Positions 18,001 to 36,000 of a DNA stretch of 64,000 bases are shown piece by piece; position 1 is the stretch's first letter; each line of letters begins with the position of its first letter. Origin of the DNA: Eledone cirrhosa (lineage: Eukaryota); the NCBI GenBank assembly GCA_964016885.1, contig OZ024740.1, forward strand, positions 4,464,001-4,528,000. Direction: 5' to 3'. Made by a program: the position numbers and the translations under genes. The notes under the pieces were generated by a model. That model was not told the DNA's origin. It did not search any database and worked only from the letters and a program-made list of their open reading frames with translations.

Positions 18001-21000
18001 AATGACACTGTCACCACCACCACTACCACAATGACACTGTCACCACCACCTCTACCACAATGACACTGTCACCACCACCACTACCACAATGACACTATCA
18101 CCACCACCACTACCACAATGACACTGTCACCACCACCACTACCACAATGACACTGTCACCACCACCACTACCACAATGACACTGTCACCACCACCACTAC
18201 CACAATGACACTGTCACCACCACCACTACCACAATAACACTGTCACCACCACCACTACCACAATGACACTGTCACCACCACCACTACCACAATGACACTG
18301 TCACCACCACCACTACCACAATGACACTGTCACCACCACCACTACCACAATGACACTGTCACCACCACCACTACCACAATGACACTGTCACCACCACCAC
18401 TACCACAATAACACTGTCACCACCACCACTACCACAATGACACTGTCACCACCACCACTACCACAATGACACTGTCACCAACACCACTACCACAATGACA
18501 CTGTCACCACCACCACTACCACAATGACACTGTCACCACCACCACTACCACAATGACACTGTCACCACCGCCACTACCACATTGACACTGTCACCACCAC
18601 CACTACCACAATGACACTGTCACCACCACCACTACCACAATGACACTGTCACCACCGCCACTACCACAATGTCACTGTCACCACCACCACTACCATAATG
18701 ACACTGTCACCACCACCTCTACCATAATGACACTGTCACCAACACCACTACCACAATGACACTGTCACCACCACCACTACCACAATGACACTGTCACCAC
18801 CACCACTACCATAATGACACTCTCACCACCACCACTACCATATTGACTGTCACCACCACCACTCCCACAATGACACTGTCACCACCACCACTACCACAAT
18901 AACACTGTCACCACCACCACTACCATATTGACTGTGACCACCACCACTACCACAATGACACTGTCACCACCACCGCTACCACATTGACACTGTCAACACC
19001 ACTACCACTACCACAATGACACTGTCACCACCACCACTACCACAATGACACTGTCACCACCACCACTACCATATTGACTGTGACCACCACCACTACCACA
19101 ATGACACTGTCACCACCACCGCTACCACATTGACACTGTCAACACCACTACCACTACCACAATGACACTGTCACCACCACCACTACCACAATGACACTGT
19201 CAACACCACCGCTACCACAATGACACTGTCAACACCACTACCACTACCACAATGACACTGTCACCACCACCACTACCATAATGACACTGTCACCACCACC
19301 ACTACCACAATGACACTGTCACCACCACCACCACTACCATAATGACACTGTCACCATCACCACTACCATATTGACACTGTCACCACCACCACTACCACAA
19401 TGACACTGTCACCACCACCACTACCACAATGACACTGTCACCACCACCACTACCACAATGACACTGTCACCACCACCACTACCACAATAACACTGTCACC
19501 ACCACCACCGCCATATTGACTGTGACCACCACCACTACCACAATGACACTGTCACCACCACCACTACCACAATGACACTGTCACCACCGCCACTACCACA
19601 ATGACACTGTCACCACCACCACTCCCACAATGACACTGTCACCACCACCACTACCACAATGACACTGTCACCAACACCACTACCATAATGACACTGTCAC
19701 CACCACCACTACCATAATGACACTGTCACCACCGCCACTACCACAATGACACTGTCACCACCACCACTCCCACAATGACACTGTCACCACCACCACTACC
19801 ACAATGACACTGTCACCAACACCACTACCATAATGACACTGTCACCACCACCACTACCACAATGACACTGTCACCACCACCACTACTACCACAATGACAC
19901 TGTCACCACCACCGCCACTACCATAATGACACTGTTACCACCACCACTACCACAATGACACTGTCACCACCACCACTACCATAATGACACTGTCACCACC
20001 ACCACCACTACTACAATGACACTGTCACCACCACCACTACCACAATGACACTGTCACCACCACCACTACCACAATGACACTGTCACCACCACCACTACCA
20101 TATTGACACTCTCACCACCACCACTACCATAATGACACTGTCACCACCACCACTACCACAATGACACTGTCACCACCACCACTACCACAATGACACTGTC
20201 ACCACCACCACTCCCACAATGACACTGTCACCACCACCACTACCACAATGACACTGTCACCAACACCACTACCATAATGACACTGTCACCACCACCACTA
20301 CCTCAATGACACTGTCACCACCACCACTACCACAATGACACTGTCACCACCACCACTACCATAATGACACTGTCACCACCACCACTACCTCAATGACACT
20401 GTCGCCACCACCACTACCACAATGACACTGTCACCACCACCACTACCACAATGACACTGTCACCACCACCACTACCACAATAACACTGTCGCCACCACCA
20501 CTACCATAATGACACTGTCACCACCACCACTACCTCAATGACACTGTCACCACCACCACTACCACAATGACACTGTCACCACCACCACTCCCACAATGAC
20601 ACTGTCACCACCACCACTACCACAATGACACTGTCACCAACACCACTACCATAATGACACTGTCACCACCACCACTACCTCAATGACACTGTCACCACCA
20701 CCACTACCACAATGACACTGTCACCACCACCACTACCATAATGACACTGTCACCACCACCACTACCTCAATGACACCGTCACCCCCACCACTACCACAAT
20801 GACACTGTCACCACCACCACTGCCACAATGACACTGTCACCACCACCACTACCTCAATGACACTGTCGCCACCACCACTACCACAATGACACTGTCACCA
20901 CCACCACTACCACAATGACACTGTCACCACCACCACTACCACAATGACACTGTCACCACCACCACCACCTCCATAATGACACTGTCACCACCACCACTAC

Positions 21001-24000
21001 CACAATGACACTGTCACCACCACCACTACCACAATAACACTGTCACCAACACCACTACCATAATGACACTGTCACCACCACCACTACCTCAATGACACTG
21101 TCACCACCACCACTACCACAATGACACTGTCACCACCACCACTACCATAATGACACTGTCACCACCACCACTACCTCAATGACACTGTCGCCACCACCAC
21201 TACCACAATGACACTGTCACCACCACCACTACCACAATGACACTGTCACCACCACCACTACCACAATGACACTGTCACCACCACCACCACCTCCATAATG
21301 ACTCTGTCACCACCACCACTACCACAATGACACTGTCACCACCGCCACTACCACAATGACACTGTCACCAACACCACTACCATAATGACACTGTCACCAC
21401 CACCACTACCTCAATGACACTGTCACCACCACCACTACCACAATGACACTGTCACCACCACCACTACCATAATGACACTGTCACCACCACCACTACCTCA
21501 ATGACACTGTCGCCACCACCACTACCACAATGACACTGTCACCACCACCACTACCACAATGACACTGTCACCACCACCACTACCACAATAACACTGTCAC
21601 CACCACCACTCCCACAATGACACTGTCACCACCACCATCACTACCACAATGACACTGTCACCACCACCACTACCACAATGACACTGTCACCACCACCACT
21701 ACCATAATGACACTGTCACCACCACCACTACCACAATGACACTGTCACCACCACCACTACCACAATGACACTGTCACCACCACCACTACCTCAATGACAC
21801 TGTCACCACCACCACTACCATAATGACACTGTCACCACCACCACTACCACAATAACACTGTCACCATCACCACTACCATAATGACACTGTCACCACCACC
21901 ACTACCTCAATGACACTGTCACCACCACCACTACCATAATGACACTGTCACCACCACCACTACCACAATTACACTGTCACCACCACCATCACTACCACAA
22001 TGACACTGTCACCACCACCACTACCACAATGACACTGTCACCACCACCACTACCATAATGACACTGTCACCACCACCACTACTACCACAATAACACTGTC
22101 ACCACCACCACTACCATATTGACACTGTCACCACCACCACTACCACAATGACACTGTCACCACCACCACTACTACCACAATGACACTGTCACCACCACCA
22201 CTACCATAATGACACTGTCACCACCACCACTACCATATTGACTGTCACCACCACCACTACCACAATGACACTGTCACCACCACCACTACCACAATGACAC
22301 TGTCACCACCGCCACTACCACAATGACACTGTCACCACCACCACTACCACAATGACACTGTCACCACCACCACTACCATAATGACACTGCCACCACCACC
22401 ACTACCATAATGACACTGTCACCAACACCACTACCACAATGACACTGTCACCACCACCACTACCACAATAACACTGTCACCACCACCACTACCATAATGA
22501 CACTGTCACCAACACCACTACCACAATGACACTGTCACCACCACCACTACCACAATAACACTGTCACCATCACCACTACCATAATGACACTGTCACCACC
22601 ACCACTACCACAATGACACTGTCACCACCACCACTCCGACAATGACACTGTCACCACCGCCACTACCACAATGACACTGTCACCACCACCACTACCACAA
22701 TGAGACTGTCACCACCACCACTACCACAATGACACTGTCACCACCATCACTACCATAATGACACTGTCACCACCATCACTACCACAATGACACTGTCACC
22801 ACCACCACTACCACAATAACACTGTCACCATCACCACTACCATAATGACACTGTCACCACCACCACTACCATAATGACACTGTCACCACCACCACTACCA
22901 CAATGACACTGTCACCACCACCACTACCATAATGACACTGTCACCACCATCACTACCATAATGACACTGTCACCACCATCACTACCACAATGACACTGTC
23001 ACCACCACCACTACCACAATAACACTGTCACCACCACCTCTACCACAATGACACTGTCACCACCATCACTACCACAATGACACTGTCACCACCACCACCA
23101 CTACCATAATGACACTGTCACCACCACCACTACCACAATGACACTGTCACCACCATCACTACCACAATGACACTGTCACCACCACCACCACTACCATAAT
23201 GACACTGTCACCACCACCACTACCACAATGACACTGTCACCACCATCACTACCACAATGACACTGTCACCACCACCACCACTACCATAATGACACTGTCA
23301 CCACCACCACTACCACAATGACACTGTCACCACCACCACTACCACAATGACACTGTCACCACCATCACTACCACAATGACACTGTCACCACCGCCACTAC
23401 TACAATGACACTGTCACCACCACCACTACCACAATGACACTGTCACCACCACCACTACCACAATGACACTGTCACCACCATCACTACCACAATGACACTG
23501 TCACCACCACCACTACCACAATGACACTGTCACCACCACCACTACCACAATGACACTGTTACCAACACCACTACCACAATGACACTGTCACCACCACCAC
23601 TACCATAATGACACTGTCACCACCACCACCACTACCATAATGACACTGTCACCACCACCACTACCACAATGACACTGTCACCACCACCACTACCACAATG
23701 ACACTGTCACCACCATCACTACCACAATGACACTGTCACCACCGCCACTACTACAATGACACTGTCACCACCACCACTACCACAATGACACTGTCACCAC
23801 CACCACTACCACAATGACACTGTCACCACCATCACTACCACAATGACACTGTCACCACCACCACTACCACAATGACACTGTCACCACCACCACTACCACA
23901 ATGACACTGTCACCAACACCACTACCATAATGACACTGTCACCACCACCACTACCACAATGACACTGTCACCACCACCTCTACCACAATGACACTGTCAC

Positions 24001-27000
24001 CACCACCACTACCACAATGACACTGTCACCAACACCACTACCATAATGACACTGTCACCACCACCACTACCCCAATGACACTGTCACCACCACCTCTACC
24101 ACAATGACACTGTCACCACCACCACTACCACAATGACACTGTCACCACCACCTCTACCACAATGACACTGTCACCACCACCACTACCACAATGACACTGT
24201 CACCACCACCACTACCACAATGACACTGTCACCACCACCACTACCACAATGACACTGTCACCACCACCACTACCACAATGACACTGTCACCACCACCACT
24301 ACCACAATGACACTGTCACCACCACCACTACCACAATAACACTGTCACCACCACCACTACCACAATGACACTGTCACCACCACCACTACCACAATGACAC
24401 TGTCACCACCACCACTACCACAATGACACTGTCACTACCACCACTACCACAATAACACTGTCACCACCACCACTACCACAATGACACTGTCACCACCACC
24501 ACTACCACAATGACACTGTCACCACCACCACTACCACAATGACACTGTCACCACCACCACTACCACAATGACACTGTCACCAACACCACTACCACAATGA
24601 CACTGTCACCACCACCACTACCACAATGACACTGTCACCACCACCACTACCACAATGACACTGTCACCACCGCCACTACCACATTGACACTGTCACCACC
24701 ACCACTACCACAATGACACTGTCACCACCACCACTACCACAATGACACTGTCACCACCGCCACTACCACAATGACACTGTCACCACCACCACTACCATAA
24801 TGACACTGTCACCACCACCTCTACCATAATGACACTGTCACCAACACCACTACCACAATGACACTGTCACCACCACCACTACCACAATGACACTGTCACC
24901 ACCACCACTACCATAATGACACTCTCACCACCACCACTACCATATTGACTGTCACCACCACCACTCCCACAATGACACTGTCACCACCACCACTACCACA
25001 ATGACACTGTGACCACCACCACTACCATATTGACTGTGACCACCACCACTACCACAATGACACTGTCACCACCACCGCTACCACATTGACACTGTCAACA
25101 CCACTACCACTACCACAATGACACTGTCACCACCACCACTACCACAATGACACTGTCACCACCACCACTACCATATTGACTGTGACCACCACCACTACCA
25201 CAATGACACTGTCACCACCACCGCTACCACATTGACACTGTCAACACCACTACCACTACCACAATGACACTGTCACCACCACCACTACCACAATGACACT
25301 GTCAACACCACCGCTACCACAATGACACTGTCAACACCACTACCACTACCACAATGACACTGTCACCACCACCACTACCATAATGACACTGTCACCACCA
25401 CCACTACCACAATGACACTGTCACCACCACCACCACTACCATAATGACACTGTCACCATCACCACTACCATATTGACACTGTCACCACCACCACTACCAC
25501 AATGACACTGTCACCACCACCACTACCACAATGACACTGTCACCACCACCACTACCACAATGACACTGTCACCACCACCACTACCACAATAACACTGTCA
25601 CCACCACCACCGCCATATTGACTGTGACCACCACCACTACCACAATGACACTGTCACCACCACCACTACCACAATGACACTGTCACCACCACCACTACCA
25701 CAATGACACTGTCACCACCGCCACTACCACAATGACACTGTCACCACCACCACTCCCACAATGACACTGTCACCACCACCACTACCACAATGACACTGTC
25801 ACCAACACCACTACCATAATGACACTGTCACCACCACCACTACCATAATGACACTGTCACCACCGCCACTACCACAATGACACTGTCACCACCACCACTC
25901 CCACAATGACACTGTCACCACCACCACTACCACAATGACACTGTCACCAACACCACTACCATAATGACACTGTCACCACCACCACTACCACAATGACACT
26001 GTCACCACCACCACCACTACCACAATGACACTGTCACCACAACCGCCACTACCATAATGACACTGTTACCACCACCACTACCACAATGACACTGTCACCA
26101 CCACCACTACCATAATGACACTGTCACCACCACCACCACTACTACAATGACACTGTCACCACCACCACTACCACAATGACACTGTCACCACCACCTCTAC
26201 CACAATGACACTGTCACCACCACCACTACCATATTGACACTCTCACCACCACCACTACCATAATGACACTGTCACCACCACCACTACCACAATGACACTG
26301 TCACCACCACCACTACCACAATGACACTGTCACCACCACCACTCCCACAATGACACTGTTACCACCACCACTACCACAATGACACTGTCACCAACACCAC
26401 TACCATAATGACACTGTCACCACCACCACTACCTCAATGACACTGTCACCACCACCACTACCACAATGACACTGTCACCACCACCACTACCATAATGACA
26501 CTGTCACCACCACCACTACCTCAATGACACTGTCGCCACCACCACTACCACAATGACACTGTCACCACCACCACTACCACAATGACACTGTCACCACCAC
26601 CACTACCACAATAACACTGTCGCCACCACCACTACCATAATGACACTGTCACCACCACCACTACCTCAATGACACTGTCACCACCACCACTACCACAATG
26701 ACACTGTCACCACCACCACTCCCACAATGACACTGTCACCACCACCACTACCACAATGACACTGTCACCAACACCACTACCATAATGACACTGTCACCAC
26801 CACCACTACCTCAATGACACTGTCACCACCACCACTACCACAATGACACTGTCACCACCACCACTACCATAATGACACTGTCACCACCACCACTACCTCA
26901 ATGACACTGTCACCACCACCACTACCACAATGACACTGTCACCACCACCACTACCACAATGACACTGTCACCACCACCACTACCTCAATGACACTGTCGC

Positions 27001-30000
27001 CACCACCACTACCACAATGACACTGTCACCACCACCACTACCACAATGACACTGTCACCACCACCACTACCACAATGACACTGTCACCACCACCACCACC
27101 TCCATAATGACACTGTCACCACCACCACTACCACAATGACACTGTCACCACCACCACTACCACAATAACACTGTCACCAACACCACTACCATAATGACAC
27201 TGTCACCACCACCACTACCTCAATGACACTGTCACCACCACCACTACCACAATGACACTGTCACCACCACCACTACCATAATGACACTGTCACCACCACC
27301 ACTACCTCAATGACACTGTCGCCACCACCACTACCACAATGACACTGTCACCACCACCACTACCACAATGACACTGTCACCACCACCACTACCACAATGA
27401 CACTGTCACCACCACCACCACCTCCATAATGACACTGTCACCACCACCACTACCACAATGACACTGTCACCACCGCCACTACCACAATGACACTGTCACC
27501 AACACCACTACCATAATGACACTGTCACCACCACCACTACCTCAATGACACTGTCACCACCACCACTACCACAATGACACTGTCACCACCACCACTACCA
27601 TAATGACACTGTCACCACCACCACTACCTCAATGACACTGTCGCCACCACCACTACCACAATGACACTGTCACCACCACCACTACCACAATGACACTGTC
27701 ACCACCACCACTACCACAATAACACTGTCACCACGACCACTCCCACAATGACACTGTCACCACCACCATCACTACCACAATGACACTGTCACCACCACCA
27801 CTACCACAATGACACTGTCACCACCACCACTACCATAATGACACTGTCACCACCACCACTACCACAATGACACTGTCACCACCACCACTACCACAATGAC
27901 ACTGTCACCACCACCACTACCTCAATGACACTGTCACCACCACCACTACCATAATGACACTGTCACCACCACCACTACCACAATAACACTGTCACCATCA
28001 CCACTACCATAATGACACTGTCACCACCACCACTACCTCAATGACACTGTCACCACCACCACTACCATAATGACACTGTCACCACCACCACTACCACAAT
28101 TACACTGTCACCACCACCATCACTACCACAATGACACTGTCACCACCACCACTACCACAATGACACTGTCACCACCACCACTACCATAATGACACTGTCA
28201 CCACCACCACTACTACCACAATAACACTGTCACCACCACCACTACCATATTGACACTGTCACCACCACCACTACCACAATGACACTGTCACCACCACCAC
28301 TACTACCACAATGACACTGTCACCACCACCACTACCACAATGACACTGTCACCACCACCACTACCATAATGACACTGTCACCACCACCACTACCATATTG
28401 ACTGTCACCACCACCACTCCCACAATGACACTGTCACCACCACCACTACCATAATGCCACTGTCACCACCATCACTACCACAATGACACTGTCACCACCA
28501 CCACTACCATAATGACACTGTCACCACCACCACCACCATATTGACTGTCACCACCACCACTCCCACAATGATACTGTCACCACCACCACTCCCACAATGA
28601 CACTGTCACCACCACCACTACCATAATGACACTGTCACCACCACCACCACCATATTGACTGTCACCACCACCACTCCCACAATGATACTGTCACCACCAC
28701 TACCACAATGACACTGTCACCACCACCACTACCACAATGACACTGTCACCACCACCACTACCACAATGACACTGTCACCACCGCCACTACCACAATGACA
28801 CTGTCACCACCACCACTACCACAATGACACTGTCACCACCACCACTACCACAATGACACTGTCACCACCACCACTACCACAATGACACTGTCACCACCAC
28901 CACTACCACAATGACACTGTCACCACCACCACTACCACAATGACACTGCCACCACCACCACTACCACAATGACACTGTCACCACCACCACTACCATAATG
29001 ACACTGTCACCAACACCACTACCACAATGACACTGTCACCACCGCCACTACCACAATGACACTGTCACCACCACCACTACCACAATGACACTGTCACCAC
29101 CACCACTACCACAATGACACTGTCACCACCACCACTACCATAATGACACTGTCACCACCGCCACTACCATATTGACACTGTCACCACCACCACTACCATA
29201 TTGACACTGTCACCACCGCCACTACCACAATGACACTGTCACCACCACCACTACCACAATGACACTGTCACCACCACCACTACCACAATGACACTGTCAC
29301 CACCACCACTACCATAATGACACTGTCACCAACACCACTACCACAATGACACTGTCACCATCACCACTACCACAATAACACTGTCACCATCACCACTACC
29401 ATAATGACACTGTCACCAACACCACTACCACAATGACACTGTCACCACCGCCACTACCACAATGACACTGTCACCACCACCACTACCACAATGACACTGT
29501 CACCACCACCACTACCACAATGACACTGTCACCACAACCACTACCATAATGACACTGTCACCAACACCACTACCACAATGACACTGTCACCACCACCACT
29601 ACCACAATGACACTGTCACCACCACCACTACCACAATGACACTGTCACCAACACCACTACCACAATGACACTGTCACCACCGCCACTACCACAATGACAC
29701 TGTCACCACCACCACTACCACAATGACACTGTCACCACCACCACTACCACAATGACACTGTCACCACCACCACTACCACAATGACACTGTCACCACCGCC
29801 ACTACCACAATGACACTGTCACCACCGCCACTACCACAATGACACTGTCACCAACACCACTACCACAATGACACTGTCACCACCGCCACTACCACAATGA
29901 CACTGTCACCACCACCACTACCATAATGACACTGTCACCACCACCACTACCACAATGACACTGTCACCACCACCACTACCATAATGACACTGTCACCACC

Positions 30001-33000
30001 ACCACTACCACAATGACACTGTCACCACCACCACTCCCACAATGACACTGTCACCACCACCACCACCTCCATAATGACACTGTCACCACCACCACTACCA
30101 CAATGACACTGTCACCACCACCACTACCACAATGACACTGTCACCACCACCACTACCATAATGACACTGTCACCACCACCACTCCCACAATGACATTGTC
30201 ACCACCACCACCACCTCCATAATGACACTGTCACCACCACCACTACCACAATGACACTGTCACCACCACCACTACCACAATGACACTGTCACCACCACCA
30301 CTACCACAACGACACTGTCACCAACACCACTACCACAATGACACTGTCACCACCACCACTACCACAATGACACTGTCACCACTGCCACTACCACAATGAC
30401 ACTGTCACCACCACCACTACCACAATGACACTGTCACCACCACCACTACCACAATGACACTGTCACCACCACCACTACCACAATGACACTGTCACCAACA
30501 CCACTACCACAATGACACTGTCACCACCGCCACTACCACAATGACACTGTCACCAACACCACTTCCACAATGACACTGTCACCACCACCACTACCATAAT
30601 GACACTGTCACCAACACCACTACCACAATGACACTGTCACCACCACCACTACCACAATGACACTGTCACCACCACCACTACCACAATGACACTGTCACCA
30701 CCACCACTACCACAATGACACTGTCACCACCACCACTACCATAATGACACTGTCACCAACACCACTTCCACAATGACACTGTCACCACCACCACTACCAT
30801 AATGACACTGTCACCAACACCACTACCACAATGACACTGTCACCACCACCACTACCACAATGACACTGTCACCACCGCCACTACCACAATGACACTGTCA
30901 CCAACACCACTTCCACAATGACACTGTCACCACCACCACTACCACAATGACACTGTCACCACCACCTCTACCATAATGACACTGTCACCACCACCACTAC
31001 CACAATGACACTGTCACCACCGCCACTACCATAATGACACTGTCACCACCACCCCTACCATAATGACACTGTCACCACCGCCACTACCACAATGACACTG
31101 TCACCACCGTCACTACCATAATGACACTGTCACCAACACCACTTCCACAATGACACTGTCACCACCACCACTACCACAATGACACTGTCACCAACACCAC
31201 TCCCACAATGACACTGTCACCACCACCACTACCACAATGACACTGTCACCACCACCTCTACCATAATGACACTGTCACCAACACCACTCCCACAATGACA
31301 CTGTCACCACCACCACTACCACAATGACACTGTCACCACCGCCACTACCATAATGACACTGTCACCAACACCACTCCCACAATGACACTGTCACCACCAC
31401 CACTACCACAATGACACTGTCACCACCGCCACTACCATAATGACACTGTCACCATCACCACTACCACAATGACACTGTCACCAACACCACTACCACAATG
31501 ACACTGTCACCACCGCCACTACCACAATGACACTGTCACCACCGCCACTACCACAATGACACTGTCACCAACACCACTTCCACAATGACACTGTCACCAC
31601 CACCACTACCATAATGACACTGTCACCACCACCACTACCACAATGACACTGTCACCACCACCACTACCACAATGACACTGTCACCACCACCTCTACCATA
31701 ATGACACTGTCACCACCACCACTACCATAATGACACTGTCACCACCACCACTACCACAATGACACTGTCACCACCACCACTACCATAATGACACTGTCAC
31801 CACCACCTCTACCATAATGACACTGTCACCACCACCACTACCATAATGACACTGTCACCACCACCACTACCACAATGACACTGTCACCACCACCACTACC
31901 ATAATGACACTGTCACCACCACCACTACCACAATGACACTGTCACCACCACCACTACCACAATGACACTGTCACGACCACCACTACCACAATGACACTGT
32001 CACCACCACCACTACCACAATGACACTGTCACCACCGCCACTACCATAATGACACTGTCACCACCACCACTACCACAATGACACTGTCACCACCACCACT
32101 ACCATAATGACACTGTCACCACCACCACTACCACAATGACACTGTCACCACCACCACTCCCACAATGACACTGTCACCACCACCACCACCTCCATAATGA
32201 CACTGTCACCACCACCACTCCCACAATGACACTGTCACCACCACCACCACCTCCATAATGACACTGTCACCACCACCACTACCACAATGACACTGTCACC
32301 ACCACCACTACCACAATGACACTGTCACCACCACCACTACCACAATGACACTGTCACCACCACCACTACCACAATGACACTGTCACCACCACCACTCCCA
32401 CAATGACACTGTCACCACCACCACCACCTCCATAATGACACTGTCACCACCACCACTACCACAATGACACTGTCACCACCACCACTACCACAATGACACT
32501 GTCACCACCACCACTACCATAATGACACTGTCACCACCACCACTACCACAATGACACTGTCACCACCACCACTACCATAATGACACTGTCACCAACACCA
32601 CTACCACAATGACACTGTCACCACCACCACTACCACAATAACACTGTCACCATCACCACTACCATAATGACACTGTCACCAACACCACTACCACAATGAC
32701 ACTGTCACCACCGCCACTACCACAATGACACTGTCACCACCACCACTACAACAATGACACTGTCACCACCACCACTACTACAATGACACTGTCACCAACA
32801 CCACTACCACAATGACACTGTCACCACCGCCACTACCACAATGACACTGTCACCACCACCACTACCACAATGACACTGTCACCACCACCACTACCACAAT
32901 GACACTGTCACCACCACCACTACCACAATGACAGTGTCACCACCACCACTACCACAATGACACTGTCACCACCGCCACTACCACAATGACACTGTCACCA

Positions 33001-36000
33001 CCACCACTACCACAATGACACTGTCACCACCACCACTACCACAATGACACTGTCACCACCGCCACTACCACAATGACACTGTCACCACCACCACTACCAC
33101 AATGACACTGTCACCACCACCACTACCATAATGACACTGCCACCACCACCACTACCATAATGACACTGTCACCAACACCACTACCACAATGACACTGTCA
33201 CCACCACCACTACCACAATAACACAGTCACCACCACCACTACCATAATGACACTGTCACCAACACCACTACCACAATGACACTGTCACCACAACCACTAC
33301 CACAATAACACTGTCACCATCACCACTACCATAATGACACTGTCACCACCACCACTACCACAATGACACTGTCACCACCACCACTCCGACAATGACACTG
33401 TCACCACCGCCACTACCACAATGACACTGTCACCACCACCACTACCACAATGAGACTGTCACCACCACCACTACCACAATGACACTGTCACCACCATCAC
33501 TACCATAATGACACTGTCACCACCATCACTACCACAATGACACTGTCACCACCACCACAACCACAATAACACTGTCACCATCACCACTACCATAATGACA
33601 CTGTCACCACCACCACTACCATAATGACACTGTCACCACCACCACTACCACAATGACACTGTCACCACCACCACTACCATAATGACACTGTCACCACCAT
33701 CACTACCATAATGACACTGTCACCACCATCACTACCACAATGACACTGTCACCACCACCACTACCACAATAACACTGTCACCACCACCTCTACCACAATG
33801 ACACTGTCACCACCATCACTACCACAATGACACTGTCACCACCACCACCACTACCATAATGACACTGTCACCACCACCACTACCACAATGACACTGTCAC
33901 CACCACTACCACAATGACACTGTCACCACCATCACTACCACAATGACACTGTCACCACCACCACTACCACAATGACACTGTCACCACCATCACTACCACA
34001 ATGACACTGTCACCACCACCACTACCACAATGACACTGTCACCACCACCTCTACCACAATGACACTGTCACCACCACCACTACCATAATGACACTGTCAC
34101 CACCACCACTACCACAATGACACTGTCACCAACACCACTACCACAATGACACTGTCACCACCACCTCTACCACAATGACACTGTCACCATCACCTCTACC
34201 ATAATGACACTGTCACCAACACCTCTACCACAATGACACTGTCACCACCACCACTACCACAATGACACTGTCACCACCACCTCTACCACAATGACACTGT
34301 CACCAACACCTCTACCACAATGACACTGTCACCACCACCTCTACCATAATGACACTGTCACCAACACCTCTACCACAATGAGACTGTCACCACCACCACT
34401 ACCACAATGACACTGTCACCACCACCACTACTACAATGACACTGTCACCACCACCACTACCATAATGACACTGTCACCCACACCACTACCACAATGACAC
34501 TGTCACCACCATCACTACCACAATGACACTGTCACCACCGCCACTACCACAATGACACTGTCACCACCACCACTCCCACAATGACACTGTCACCACCACC
34601 ACTCCCACAATGACACTGTCACCACCACCACTCCCACAATGACACTGTCACCACCACCACTCCCACAATGACACTGTCACCACCACCACTACCATAATGA
34701 CACTGTCACCACCACTATTACCACAATGACACTGTCACCACCACTACCACAATGACACTGTCACCACCATCACTACCACAATGACACTGTCACCACCACC
34801 TCTACCATAATGACACTGTCACCAACACCTCTACCACAATGACACTGTCACCACCACCACTACCACAATGACACTGTCACCACCACCACTACCACAATGA
34901 CACTGTCACCACCACCACTACCACAATGACACTGTCACCCCCACCACTACCACAATGACACTGTCACCACCACCACTACCACAATGACACTGTCACCACC
35001 ACCACTACCACAATGACACTGTCACCACCACCACTACCACAATGACACTGTCACCACCACCACTACTACAATGACACTGTCACCACCACCACTACCACAA
35101 TGGCACTGTCACCCCCACCACTACCACAATGAGACTGTCACCACCACCACTACCACAATGACACTGTCACCACCACCACTACCATAATGACACTGTCACC
35201 ACCACCACTACCATATTGACACTGTCACCACCACCACTACCACAATGGCACTGTCACCCCCACCACTACCACAATGACACTGTCACCACCACCACTACCA
35301 CAATGACACTGTCACAACCATCACTACCACAATGACACTGTCACCACCACCACTACCATATTGACACTGTCACCACCACCACTACCACAATGACACTGTC
35401 ACCACCACCACTACCACAATGGCACTGTCACCACCACCACTACCACAATGACACTGTCACCACCACCACTACCACAATGACACTGTCACAACCATCACTA
35501 CCACAATGACACTGTCACCACCACCACTACCATATTGACACTGTCACCACCACCACTACCACAATGACACTGTCACCACCACCACTACCACAATGGCACT
35601 GTCACCACCACCACTACCACAATGACACTGTCACCACCACCACTACCACAATGACCTTGTTACCACCACTACCACAATGACACTGTCACCACCACCACCA
35701 CTACCACAATGACACTGTCACCACCACTACCACAATGACACTGTCACCACCACCACTACCACAATGACACTGTCACCACCACCACTACCACAATGACACT
35801 GTCACCACCACCACTACCACAATGACACTGTCACCACCACCACTACCACACTGACACTGTCACCACCACCACTACCACAATGACACTGTCACCACCACCA
35901 CTACCACACTGACACTGTCACCACCACCACTACCACAATGACTCTGTCACCACCACCACTACCACAATGACAATCTCACCACCACCACTACCACAATGAC

